Source: a virus
Virus record (IMG/VR): IMGVR_UViG_3300010350_000237
Coordinates: 1,052 to 65,051 of that record
Strand: one strand, 5' to 3'
DNA length: 64,000 nucleotides
Positions within the stretch are counted from its first letter, which is position 1. Every line of letters begins with the position of its first letter. The translations under genes were made by a program, and so were the position numbers. The notes under the pieces were generated by a model, which worked only from the letters and a program-made list of their open reading frames with translations, searched no databases and had not been told where the DNA came from. Shown here piece after piece: positions 47,833-57,200 of this stretch.

Positions 47833-48576
47833 ATGTCGACCGACGATCAGATAAAAGACTTATTCGAAAGGTTTAAAGCCCTTCACCCAGGTAATAACGA
47901 AGCGTTCGACCCGACCCTGGACAACCTTCGACGCTGGAACTGGGCGATCAGGGAAGCCGACAGGCGGAATTCGGTCGAATACGAAAAGTTCGGCGATATC
48001 GACCCGAACCTGGTAGCGTCCGCCCAGGCACTGGCAGAAAGTCGGGCGTCCAGGACGTTCGGTCGGCTGCCCCAGTACATACGAACGAAATTCGAAGAAC
48101 TGGCGTCCTTCTTCCCTGGTCGCGACGTTTACGCGACAGGAAGTCGGGTAACGGGGGAATATGTCGACCCGACGTCGGGCGCGAAGATTCGTCGTATGCG
48201 ACAGGTATTACGAAAGAAGGAAGTCGTCGAAAGCGATTACGATATTATCGTCGACCCTTTACCGAAAGGTAAGATCGCGGATATCCGAAAAGGGTTACCG
48301 CCCTGGGCCGACCTGGTAATTAACCCGTTACCGGACGAACCGAAAATTTTAATTCCAATGTGGGACTTTTCAAAATTGCCGGAAGATAAACACGCCGAAG
48401 TTATTGATCTGTTCGAACGTCGTTCCTGGGGCCAACTTATGGCGATACACAACGAACACCAACTTTCAAGGGAATTTTATTGCTGCGAAACAGACGCGGT
48501 TCGTCGCTGGTTTACCTGGGGCATCGAAAACGGACATATCAAAAAACCGAATGAAGATAAGAAAGAACAGGGTTAA
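47833..48576 (+). CDS. Pol-beta superfamily nucleotidyltransferase domain protein
   Basis: VYATGSRVTG...SDYDIIV; ATG at 47833. Confidence 0.75.
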   Translation: MSTDDQIKDLFERFKALHPGNNEAFDPTLDNLRRWNWAIREADRRNSVEYEKFGDIDPNLVASAQALAESRASRTFGRLPQYIRTKFEELASFFPGRDVYATGSRVTGEYVDPTSGAKIRRMRQVLRKKEVVESDYDIIVDPLPKGKIADIRKGLPPWADLVINPLPDEPKILIPMWDFSKLPEDKHAEVIDLFERRSWGQLMAIHNEHQLSREFYCCETDAVRRWFTWGIENGHIKKPNEDKKEQG

Positions 48577-48832
48577 ACGATGGATTCAGACAAGTATCGA
48601 AATTTGTTCCCTGGTTTCTGCAGAATCTTTTAAAACTGATATCGAAACCGGGAACGTCGTCTTACTTTGTCCTTCGGAAGTTATCGACCTTTTACGAAGG
48701 AAATCGTTACTTACGGAAGTAACCGGTAAGACTTACTTCGAATACCAGGGGGCCTTCGGCATAACTTTTGTCGAAGTTCGAAAAGACCAGAAAGAAAGAA
48801 TCGGGTTATTCCTGGAGAAAAAGGCCGAATAA
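48551..48832 (+). CDS. Hypothetical protein
   Basis: ATG at 48551 preferred. Confidence 0.55.
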   Translation: MKIRKNRVKRWIQTSIEICSLVSAESFKTDIETGNVVLLCPSEVIDLLRRKSLLTEVTGKTYFEYQGAFGITFVEVRKDQKERIGLFLEKKAE

Positions 48833-49099
48833 ATGGAAGATAAACGCACGAAGGAAGAACGTTTTCGGGAACGTTACGAACTTATGACCTTACGACTGGC
48901 GCGGCATTTGAAAATGTCGACGGTCGAAAAGTACGAAGACCTTCCGAAGTCTGTAAAAGATACTTTTTGTCGATGGAAGTATAACGAAATCGTCCTTCCC
49001 TTAATCGTCTTCGATAAATCGAACGGGCTGTCTCTCCGACAGCTGGAAATAAAATACGGTCTTCCGAAATCGACGATTCAATACCATTTAAAAAAATAA
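48833..49099 (+). CDS. HTH protein (possible late regulator)
   Basis: GLSLRQLEIKYGLPKSTIQYHL. Confidence 0.7.
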   Translation: MEDKRTKEERFRERYELMTLRLARHLKMSTVEKYEDLPKSVKDTFCRWKYNEIVLPLIVFDKSNGLSLRQLEIKYGLPKSTIQYHLKK

Positions 49100-49179
49100 C
49101 GTCCAACTTTTTCGGACGCGTAAAGGCCCCAGGCCCCGCGTCTGACTGATATCGGTCTTTTCTTTGCGGTAAAAGGTTT

Positions 49180-50121
49180 ATGCCGGTATCGTCTGAAAAT
49201 ATCGAACAGGAAGCGACCGATCTTCGCCTTAATCGCGATATCGAAGGTTTCCTTATTACGTCCGAAATGCTGGAAATCGAATTCGACTTCGCGCTTTCGG
49301 AGTTTAACCGGTATATGCAAGAAGTCCTTATGTTAAGGGCTGGGTTCACTTTTGACGATCTACAAATAAAGGAACGGCGTAAAGAATGTCTTCCGAAACT
49401 GATCGTTCCGTCCGAATCTTCTTATCGTTTTGTCGATCGCTGGGATATTCAAAATCTGGAGGAAACGCCGCCCGGGTCGATCGCCCTGTTAAAGTTAAAC
49501 GGGGTAATGAGAACACAAAGCGGGCTTTCTTCGCCTGGCGCCGATCGTATGGCGTCCGACCTTCGTAACGCTTTCCACAATGAAAACGTAAAAGGGGTAA
49601 TTATCGAAACCCTGTCGGGCGGGGGCGAATCAATTGCCGGAACGGTCATAAAGTCAGCGATCAGCGAAAGGAATAAACCCGTCGTCGGGTTCGCTCACCT
49701 GGCAGCGTCCGCCGCTTATCGCGCCCTGGCAGGAACCGACGAAATTATCGGTTCAAATGATCGCGCCGAATTCGGTTCGATCGGAACAATGTTAACCTTA
49801 GATACCAAAATCTTAAACAAGTACCGGGAACGGTTTACGGACATTTACGGGGCCGATGTTCCCAAAAAGAACCAGGAATTCCGCGCCGCGCTCGCTGGCG
49901 ACTTTTCCGGCCTCCAGGAACGGGTTAACGTCTTAACCCGTCAATTCCACGAAGAAATTAAATCCGACCGTCCGTTAAGGGGCGAACGGGACTTTATAAA
50001 AGAAACCCTTTCGGGGGCTGTCTTCGACGCGAAGGAATCGAAACGTCGGGGGCTTGTTGACGCAATCGGGAATTTACAGTTCGCAGTTAAGCGGGTCAAT
50101 TCCCTATTAAAAAACTATTAA
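49180..50121 (+). CDS. Prohead protease, peptidase S49 (SppA-like)
   Basis: SGGG, KPVV, AASAAY, GSIG. Confidence 0.9.
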   Translation: MPVSSENIEQEATDLRLNRDIEGFLITSEMLEIEFDFALSEFNRYMQEVLMLRAGFTFDDLQIKERRKECLPKLIVPSESSYRFVDRWDIQNLEETPPGSIALLKLNGVMRTQSGLSSPGADRMASDLRNAFHNENVKGVIIETLSGGGESIAGTVIKSAISERNKPVVGFAHLAASAAYRALAGTDEIIGSNDRAEFGSIGTMLTLDTKILNKYRERFTDIYGADVPKKNQEFRAALAGDFSGLQERVNVLTRQFHEEIKSDRPLRGERDFIKETLSGAVFDAKESKRRGLVDAIGNLQFAVKRVNSLLKNY

Positions 50122-50146
50122 CCCGAAAGGGGAAAATTTTACGAAC

Positions 50147-50686
50147 ATGAAATTCGAAATCAAAAATTCGAAACTGTATTCCCAAATTATGGAAGGGCTG
50201 GTTTCCTTCTTTGAACTTGACGCGGACACGGCCACCGAAACCGACGTTCACGCAAAAATCGAAGGTTCCGAACCTTTATCGAAAATGCTGGAAGCAGCCG
50301 CGACGAAAGCCGTCGGCGATCTGAAAGACCAGGTTACGAAACTTACAGAAAAGGTTACGGGCCTGGAACAAAGCGTTACCGACCTAACGGCCCGGGCAGA
50401 AAAGGCCGAAGGCCAGATCGCGGCGAAGGACGATCGTATCGAAGAACTTCAAACCGAAATCGGCGAAAAGGCGAACGCGATCGACGCGCTGAAAACCCAG
50501 CATAAAACAGAAACCGATCGACTGTCAGGTAAGATCGCCAGTCTTCGCGCTGGAGAAGAAAAAGAAACCGACCAGGGCGAAGAACACGACGCGACGAAAG
50601 TCGGAAAAGGTAACGACGGCGTAAAAGTCCACGTTATCCAGTCGAAGGCCCTCAAAGGTCTGGTTACCCGTCAGCCCCTGAACTGA
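50147..50686 (+). CDS. Capsid scaffolding protein
   Basis: Coiled coil between protease and capsid genes. Confidence 0.7.
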   Translation: MKFEIKNSKLYSQIMEGLVSFFELDADTATETDVHAKIEGSEPLSKMLEAAATKAVGDLKDQVTKLTEKVTGLEQSVTDLTARAEKAEGQIAAKDDRIEELQTEIGEKANAIDALKTQHKTETDRLSGKIASLRAGEEKETDQGEEHDATKVGKGNDGVKVHVIQSKALKGLVTRQPLN

Positions 50687-50764
50687 CGATAAAAATATTT
50701 GACGACCGGCGCGGTAAAGAACCCAGTCTTCATTTACAAACACATTTTAAAATTTTTTTGAATT

Positions 50765-51961
50765 ATGCCAATGATCGAAGGAGGCTTCGGCCTCACCGCA
50801 ACCGATGCCGGTCGGCGTATAACTGTACAAACGGAATCCGCGCTTACGATTTTTGAAAATATTTCCGTCGTACAAACCGACCAGTATGCCCGCGCTTTGG
50901 GCCTTTACGGCGACGTCGTCCTGGGCTCCGATCTTAAAGGTCGTTTCGGTTCTTTCAATACTCCGAAACACGTCCTTTCAAACCGGAAGAACGGCTGTAC
51001 CTGGAACCCGAAAGGCGGGGTTCGTCTGAATATCGACGAATTTCCGACCTGCGCCGAAGAATACGACGGCGAACAGTGTCTGGACACATTTTTAGGCACC
51101 TGTTTCGAACGTCTGTTCGGCCCTGGACATACCGTCCGCGATATGACGCCGGCGCTGGAAGACTTACTGGCTCAAATGATGGTAAAGGTTTACCAGGGTA
51201 TCGGTAATTCGTTCTTCGACCTTTACCATTATGCGAATCACCCGCTTATTACCCAGGCGAACAACGAAGGATTTTACCGGGTCGGGGTTCCTGAATGGGA
51301 AGATTATGTCGACCAAATGTTAAGCGTCGAATGTGGCGGAGTAATTACGCAACTGGACGCGCTGGCCGCGAAAAACGAACCTTATTATAACCTGGACATT
51401 CCCGAAAGCGATCTGAACATTACGACCGGCGCTTATACCGGCGACGTTATCGCGTTGTTCGAAATGCTGAAAGCCGAAGCGTCGTCAGACCTTCAAACAA
51501 TGATCGACACGGGTATGTCGATTAACGGCGCCCCACGTTTCCCGATTATTCTGGTAACGAAGGACATTTTCAAGGCTTACAAAGATTGGATTACCGCGAA
51601 GGCAGGAACGAACGAACTGGCTTACCGTTACACGCTGGAAACTGCTGACGGTACGACCCGTCTTATGCGAAACGTCCTTCTTTACGATAATATGCCCGTC
51701 GTTCGCTGGGACGCTCCGGCACGTTTCGACGCGATCACTGGAGCCCAGTCGCACCGCGCTGGAATCTTTTCGCCCGGCGTTTTCGGCATCCTTCACGACG
51801 TCGCCGATCTTCGTCAATGGGAAGGCATGGGTCTTATCCTGGAGCAAAGCCAGATGCTGAAAGACAAGGGTAAAATTTACATGACAACCGGGTTCCGTTG
51901 GGGCGCTGGCATAGCGAACACCGACTTCGGCGTAATGGCGTCGAATATCCTGCACCCGTAA
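50765..51961 (+). CDS. Major capsid protein
   Basis: 398 aa, follows protease and scaffold. Confidence 0.75.
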   Translation: MPMIEGGFGLTATDAGRRITVQTESALTIFENISVVQTDQYARALGLYGDVVLGSDLKGRFGSFNTPKHVLSNRKNGCTWNPKGGVRLNIDEFPTCAEEYDGEQCLDTFLGTCFERLFGPGHTVRDMTPALEDLLAQMMVKVYQGIGNSFFDLYHYANHPLITQANNEGFYRVGVPEWEDYVDQMLSVECGGVITQLDALAAKNEPYYNLDIPESDLNITTGAYTGDVIALFEMLKAEASSDLQTMIDTGMSINGAPRFPIILVTKDIFKAYKDWITAKAGTNELAYRYTLETADGTTRLMRNVLLYDNMPVVRWDAPARFDAITGAQSHRAGIFSPGVFGILHDVADLRQWEGMGLILEQSQMLKDKGKIYMTTGFRWGAGIANTDFGVMASNILHP

Positions 51962-52020
51962 ACCTGGAGGAACCAGGAACGAAGTAAATCTTATCCGTTT
52001 AACATTACAATTTTTAAAAT

Positions 52021-52569
52021 ATGGCTTGCACCTTAGTAGGTATAAACAGCGTTACCGACTGCACCCCGAACCAGGGGGGAATCGTTAAGTCGTTCGGCTG
52101 TAAGCTGTCCGACATAACTTCGGTAACGATTACCGCCGGAGTAATTACAAACTTTACGATGGCCAGCGTCGGACTTTGGGAAGAATACGTTTACGACGGC
52201 GACGGAACCGCAAACTTTAACCAGACGGGCAGCGTCAATAACAACCGGTTCAGTAATGAACAGGCCGCGTTCGTCAAGTTTAAAGGGATTACCGCCGCTT
52301 ATGTCGATGCCGCGAACAATGCCAAAGACTGTTGCGACGTCGTCTTTATTCACGTCCTGGCGAACGGTACCCGTCTGGTTCAGGGATTCGAAGCCCTTGC
52401 CGCCACTGGCGCGCCGGAGCGTACACAGAACCGGAATACGCGGATTATCCCGAACGTAAATACCGACACGACACAGAACGAAGCCCGTATGGAATTTAAC
52501 ATTACGGGGAATTCGAATTCGTTCACGCTGACGACCGATCTGGACGACGCCGCTATTTTGGCGCTGTAA
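52021..52569 (+). CDS. Major tail tube protein (putative)
   Basis: MAC.L....DC....GGI N-terminus typical of Bacteroidota phage tube proteins. Confidence 0.6.
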   Translation: MACTLVGINSVTDCTPNQGGIVKSFGCKLSDITSVTITAGVITNFTMASVGLWEEYVYDGDGTANFNQTGSVNNNRFSNEQAAFVKFKGITAAYVDAANNAKDCCDVVFIHVLANGTRLVQGFEALAATGAPERTQNRNTRIIPNVNTDTTQNEARMEFNITGNSNSFTLTTDLDDAAILAL

Positions 52570-52619
52570 ACGATCGGGAAGATCGAAACCTTAACAATTC
52601 ATTTCAAACGCTTAATGAA

Positions 52620-52886
52620 ATGGCTAAAAAATATCAGGTTAAAGCCGATAAACTGGCCCGATATCCCGACGCGGTAACGCTTGTCGTTCGCGGTACGGAA
52701 AAGGTCGCCGTCGCGCTTTCGGGTAAGTCTGTTACCGTTACGAAGAAAGCGTCGAAAGCCGGGCCGGAAATTACGAAGTCGGTACCAGGGGCCACCCAGG
52801 CCGATTTAAAGTACCTGTTCGAAAATGAAAAGCACCCCTTTGTCGAAGAAGTCGACGAAGCGGGTTCGGCAATGACGAAAACTTAA
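52620..52886 (+). CDS. Hypothetical structural-region protein
   Basis: Co-oriented ORF. Confidence 0.65.
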   Translation: MAKKYQVKADKLARYPDAVTLVVRGTEKVAVALSGKSVTVTKKASKAGPEITKSVPGATQADLKYLFENEKHPFVEEVDEAGSAMTKT

Positions 52887-52898
52887 AATCGGTAACGA

Positions 52899-54344
52899 AT
52901 GTCGGAAGTTATAAATCTGGACTGTTGCGAACCTGACGAAGCAACGAACCCGAAACGGGACTTATTCAAACGTCGGGCGAAGCGGGTCGATCATTTGTTC
53001 CGACTTGAAAATCCGATTCCGTCGGAAGTAAAAGATACCAGGACGTTAAAAAAGATTTTTAAGGATTACAACCTGGTTCCGTATGCTGGCAAAACAGCCA
53101 GTTCCGGGCATAGTCTTTTGACCTGGTACCTTTTACTGGCGAATCTTTCCCCGACGAATTCGGCCGCGATTAAGAAAAAAGTAAAGTACGCGGTCGGAGG
53201 GAAGGCCCGAATCGTTCGGTCTGTCGACCCTGAATTCGAAACGGGGGAAGAACTGGCGGAGGTTACACCGGCGGAGGCGATCGCGTTCGTCGATCAGTTA
53301 AAAACGTTCTTTGAATTTGAAGGGGGAATTTCTTCTTTTCACCGACGTATCGGCTGGCAGTACGAAGCCACTGGTAACGCATTTGTCGAAATGTCGATCG
53401 CTACGGAAGGCGGACAGACCCGAATCTTCCTTCGCGCTCACAAAACGACGAACGTTCTTTATTTCAATACAGAACCAGGAAAGCCGAAGATCGTCGCGAT
53501 ATCGCCGGTCTGGGAAGATAAATACCTGGAAAAGAACCCGCCCAGGGAAGTACCGATTTACCCTTTATTCGTAAACGACGACGGGGTTCTTCGGACAATG
53601 TTTCACTTAAAAAGCGGGTCTTACACCTGGTACGGGCGTCCGCCCAGTACGGGGGCAGATATTTACAAATACCGCGAAATCCAGGACGCGATTTATCTGG
53701 TTAAAGCCGCGGCGTCTGACTTTACCGGACGACTTATCGTCGAACTGGAAGACGACGACCCGGAATTTTCCGCCGCGCTGGAGAATGAAAAGGCGAAGAA
53801 GAACGGGTTCGACGGGTTCGTCGATCAGTTCGAAGAAAATTACACGAACAAAGGCGAAGACCCGCAATCGGTAATGGTCGTTTCCAGACCTTACGGTTCG
53901 CGTCCGATGTTTGTTTTCCAGGTTTCGCCGAATATGAAGCAAGCCTGGTACCAGGTAACGGGCGAAATCAGCGAAGAAAAGATTTTTCGCGCTCACATGG
54001 TAACGCCGCGTTTTATGGGAAAGGAAGTTTCGTCGGGGTTTTCGACCGACGTTTATCTGTCCGATTACCTGTTAAACATGGAACCGGTTATCGACGAACT
54101 GCACGACGAACTTACCAACTTTACGAACAGCATTTTATCGGCCGGCTGGTCATTTATGGGACAGGAAGAAGCGAACGTTTATTCGATCGCTTTTGCCCCG
54201 CCGATATCGTCTTCCCTGGAGGAATACAAAAGCGGAAAGACCCAGTCGACAAATCAGCCCCAGGCCCAGAACCAGAATCCAGACCCGAACCAGGCCCCAG
54301 ACCCGAATAACAATCCAAACGACCCAAAGGAAGAAAACGCGTAA
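52899..54344 (+). CDS. Portal protein
   Basis: SPTNSAAIKKK, TGNAFVE, WYG.P, KIFRAH.V.P..MG. Confidence 0.75.
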   Translation: MSEVINLDCCEPDEATNPKRDLFKRRAKRVDHLFRLENPIPSEVKDTRTLKKIFKDYNLVPYAGKTASSGHSLLTWYLLLANLSPTNSAAIKKKVKYAVGGKARIVRSVDPEFETGEELAEVTPAEAIAFVDQLKTFFEFEGGISSFHRRIGWQYEATGNAFVEMSIATEGGQTRIFLRAHKTTNVLYFNTEPGKPKIVAISPVWEDKYLEKNPPREVPIYPLFVNDDGVLRTMFHLKSGSYTWYGRPPSTGADIYKYREIQDAIYLVKAAASDFTGRLIVELEDDDPEFSAALENEKAKKNGFDGFVDQFEENYTNKGEDPQSVMVVSRPYGSRPMFVFQVSPNMKQAWYQVTGEISEEKIFRAHMVTPRFMGKEVSSGFSTDVYLSDYLLNMEPVIDELHDELTNFTNSILSAGWSFMGQEEANVYSIAFAPPISSSLEEYKSGKTQSTNQPQAQNQNPDPNQAPDPNNNPNDPKEENA

Positions 54345-54346
54345 CG

Positions 54347-54991
54347 ATGGATTTAATAACGCCTTTCGAAGTTCTCAAATATAGCCCGGCGGGTTTCGAT
54401 TACCCGACGTCGTCTTTTTGTGAACTGATACCACAAATCGAACAGGAATTCGCAGACGAATGCCTGGGAACGACCCTTTACGATTACCTGGTTTCGAAAT
54501 TAACGACTTATCCTTCTTCGGTTTCTGAATACGACCCGAACGTTTCGTATTCCCTGGACGACCTGGTTATTCGGAACGGTTGTACGTTTAAATCGACAGC
54601 GAATTCCAATACGACCGACCCGATCGTTTCGGGGTCTGACTGGACAGCGTTCGAACGGTTCACCGATGCCGGGTCGAATCAACTCTGGACAGGATATCTT
54701 CGGTTTTTACTGGCTTTGAAGGTGTACGACGCTTCTTTAATCTTTACGACTTATCGATCTGGAGCCGGGGGGCTTACCGTAAACCAGGGCGACGGTTCTG
54801 GTTTCAGGTCGGCGAACAAAGCGGAAATTATCCAAACGTCGGCGAAGCTGGACGGACAGATCAAAAGAACGACCGATAATATGTTACGATGGCTAACAAA
54901 GAACGCCGAAACTCTGGGACTTCCGTTCCCGGTATGTCTGGAGGGTTGCGAAACACCGTCCCGACATTCGCGACGCTGGGGCTTTCGTTAA
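54347..54991 (+). CDS. Head-tail adaptor (putative)
   Basis: Follows portal; LG..LYDYL. Confidence 0.55.
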   Translation: MDLITPFEVLKYSPAGFDYPTSSFCELIPQIEQEFADECLGTTLYDYLVSKLTTYPSSVSEYDPNVSYSLDDLVIRNGCTFKSTANSNTTDPIVSGSDWTAFERFTDAGSNQLWTGYLRFLLALKVYDASLIFTTYRSGAGGLTVNQGDGSGFRSANKAEIIQTSAKLDGQIKRTTDNMLRWLTKNAETLGLPFPVCLEGCETPSRHSRRWGFR

Positions 54992-55001
54992 TCCTGAACG
55001 T

Positions 55002-55301
55002 ATGAACTTTATCGATAGGGCCGCCGCCTTACTTGCTTTAAAAACCCTGGTTACGACCCTGGTCGAACCTGAAATCGCGGAACAACGTCTGGCAACTTGC
55101 GAAGCGTGTAAATTATTCGACCACGAATCGCGACGCTGTAAAGTTTGTAAATGTTACGTCGACGCGAAAACGAAAGCCCTGGAGAACTGGAACCCTTTAA
55201 AATTAAGATACGAAATAACTCACTGCCCGAAGGGGTACTGGGGCGACCAGGAAGTCGCGAATTATTACGCACAAATCGACGGCGAACAGCCGATTAACTA
55301 A
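55002..55301 (+). CDS. Cys-rich small protein (DUF6171-like)
   Basis: RLATCEAC...CKVCKC...CPKGYW. Confidence 0.7.
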   Translation: MNFIDRAAALLALKTLVTTLVEPEIAEQRLATCEACKLFDHESRRCKVCKCYVDAKTKALENWNPLKLRYEITHCPKGYWGDQEVANYYAQIDGEQPIN

Positions 55302-55321
55302 ATTTTAAAATCAGTTTTACC

Positions 55322-56044
55322 ATGTTACGAAAAAATTCTGTCCCAGATCAGAACCCGGACAACCTGCTCAAAACGACACGGGGGGAACTGGGTTGCTGCG
55401 GCGACGACGCCGTCGAATGTCAAAACACGACGTCTTATACCCAGGCGAACAGCGTTTCGGCGCTTAATCTTTTGGAAAAGGGCGTCGCGACTGTCGTTCC
55501 TTTGTCGATCGCTGGAGCCGAAACCGCCGAAAATGTAAAGGCCGCGATCGAAGCCGCGCTTTACGAAATCGGGTATTACGAAGACGACCAGGGCGACTTC
55601 CCAGGGGTAACCGTTACCGATGCTGGCGCGACGCTGGACGTCGTACTTACGGGCGATATCGTTCCCGTTTCCCTGGTAACGTCTGGCGGTACCGTAACCT
55701 TTACGGCCGCTTGCGACAAAACAGGGAATTGCGACTTCGCTGTCCTGGACTTCACCGCTGGCGCTGGTTCTGAACTCCACATAAACGGCGCGACCGAATC
55801 GCTGGGAACGATTACGCCCGGGACGACAACGTCGGGCGACGTTCAAACAGCTGTCGAAGGCGCACTGGATAACCAGGGTATCACATACGACAGCGTTACG
55901 GTTACGACGACGGGTTCGGGCGGTTCCCAGACCTATAACGTAACGATCGCCGGGGCTCCAGCCCAGTCGACGTTTTACCTGGTCGGCGCCAGCCTTGTAA
56001 AATTTTATCTGGAGCGTTCGAATTGCGTCCAGGTATTCGCGTAA
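55322..56044 (+). CDS. Structural-region protein with two similar halves
   Basis: TAENVKAAIEAAL / TSGDVQTAVEGAL. Confidence 0.65.
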   Translation: MLRKNSVPDQNPDNLLKTTRGELGCCGDDAVECQNTTSYTQANSVSALNLLEKGVATVVPLSIAGAETAENVKAAIEAALYEIGYYEDDQGDFPGVTVTDAGATLDVVLTGDIVPVSLVTSGGTVTFTAACDKTGNCDFAVLDFTAGAGSELHINGATESLGTITPGTTTSGDVQTAVEGALDNQGITYDSVTVTTTGSGGSQTYNVTIAGAPAQSTFYLVGASLVKFYLERSNCVQVFA

Positions 56045-56075
56045 ACTGAACTTCGCGTTCGAATTCTGGAAACCG

Positions 56076-57200
56076 ATGTTTCGACTTTTGTCTTTATCGT
56101 GCCTTATTATAATGGGTCTGGCTGGTTCACTTACCGGCCAGACTTTCACGTTCGAATGTGTTTGCGCTCACCTTACCGGCGATACTTGCGACATTTGTCC
56201 GAATAATAATTTACTGGTATCGCGGTCTTTTCATGGACTTTTAATTCGAAGGAACGGAACGCCTTACAAATGGATAGACGAACCTTATACGATTAAAAGG
56301 TACCAGAACGAAAGCGTTCAATTTCTTGAACAGATACCAAACCCCGACCAGGTAACGATCGCTTTATTCCAGACGCCCTTCGCGACGATGGAAGATTTTG
56401 TCGATTCGACGACCTGTTTCTGTTCTTTGGGCGGGTCGATGAACAGCGTCGCCGTCGATACTCCGATTATTGGCGACGGTTCTCCAGGGAACCCGGTAAC
56501 GATCGGACAGTTCGGAGCCGATACGACAATGTTTTTAAACTGGAACGGGTCGCACTGGTACCCGTCGAAAGTTGCGATTACCGACCTTTTAAACGACTTA
56601 CCTTATTACCTGAACGACGAAGACGCGCTGGCGAACGGGCTTACTCCAGGAAAGACGTACTTACTGGCTGCCGGGAATACATTCGCCCTTCCGACCGGAC
56701 TTTATAAAGTCGTTATCGGTTGCGGGTACGACTGCGCGATTACGATTAAAGTTTACGTTTCCGACCAGGTCGCGACCCTTAACGGGGTTCCTGCAGGACG
56801 GGAATACGTTCTGGCCCAGGGGAACGAATACGGTCTTCTTTACGGCTGGGTTAAAGCGATCGGCGCGGACTTGTCGCCGACTGATACCCTGGAATGCAAC
56901 CTGGTACTTCCTTCTTATACTGACGACCCGACGGCGATTATCGGAGGGCTGTCGACCGGCGAATTTTATACGGTAACGGTTTCGAATCCTTACGGCGCGC
57001 CCGAAGGCATTCAAAGAATGGTTTCGACGACGTCGACCAGTTCCGGCGACCCGCCGACCTGTTGCGAAGATTCGACTTTACCTTATTACCAGAACGACGC
57101 GGCCGCGATTACTGGAGGGCTGTCGTCTGGGTACTTTTATTATCTGTCGTCCGACAATACGCTGGGCTGGCCATACGGGACGAAAAAAGTTATTCCATAA
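56076..57200 (+). CDS. Signal-peptide, Cys-rich protein with four LPxYxxDxxA..GGL..G repeats
   Basis: MFRLLSLSCLIIMGLAGSLTG|QT. Confidence 0.8.
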   Translation: MFRLLSLSCLIIMGLAGSLTGQTFTFECVCAHLTGDTCDICPNNNLLVSRSFHGLLIRRNGTPYKWIDEPYTIKRYQNESVQFLEQIPNPDQVTIALFQTPFATMEDFVDSTTCFCSLGGSMNSVAVDTPIIGDGSPGNPVTIGQFGADTTMFLNWNGSHWYPSKVAITDLLNDLPYYLNDEDALANGLTPGKTYLLAAGNTFALPTGLYKVVIGCGYDCAITIKVYVSDQVATLNGVPAGREYVLAQGNEYGLLYGWVKAIGADLSPTDTLECNLVLPSYTDDPTAIIGGLSTGEFYTVTVSNPYGAPEGIQRMVSTTSTSSGDPPTCCEDSTLPYYQNDAAAITGGLSSGYFYYLSSDNTLGWPYGTKKVIP

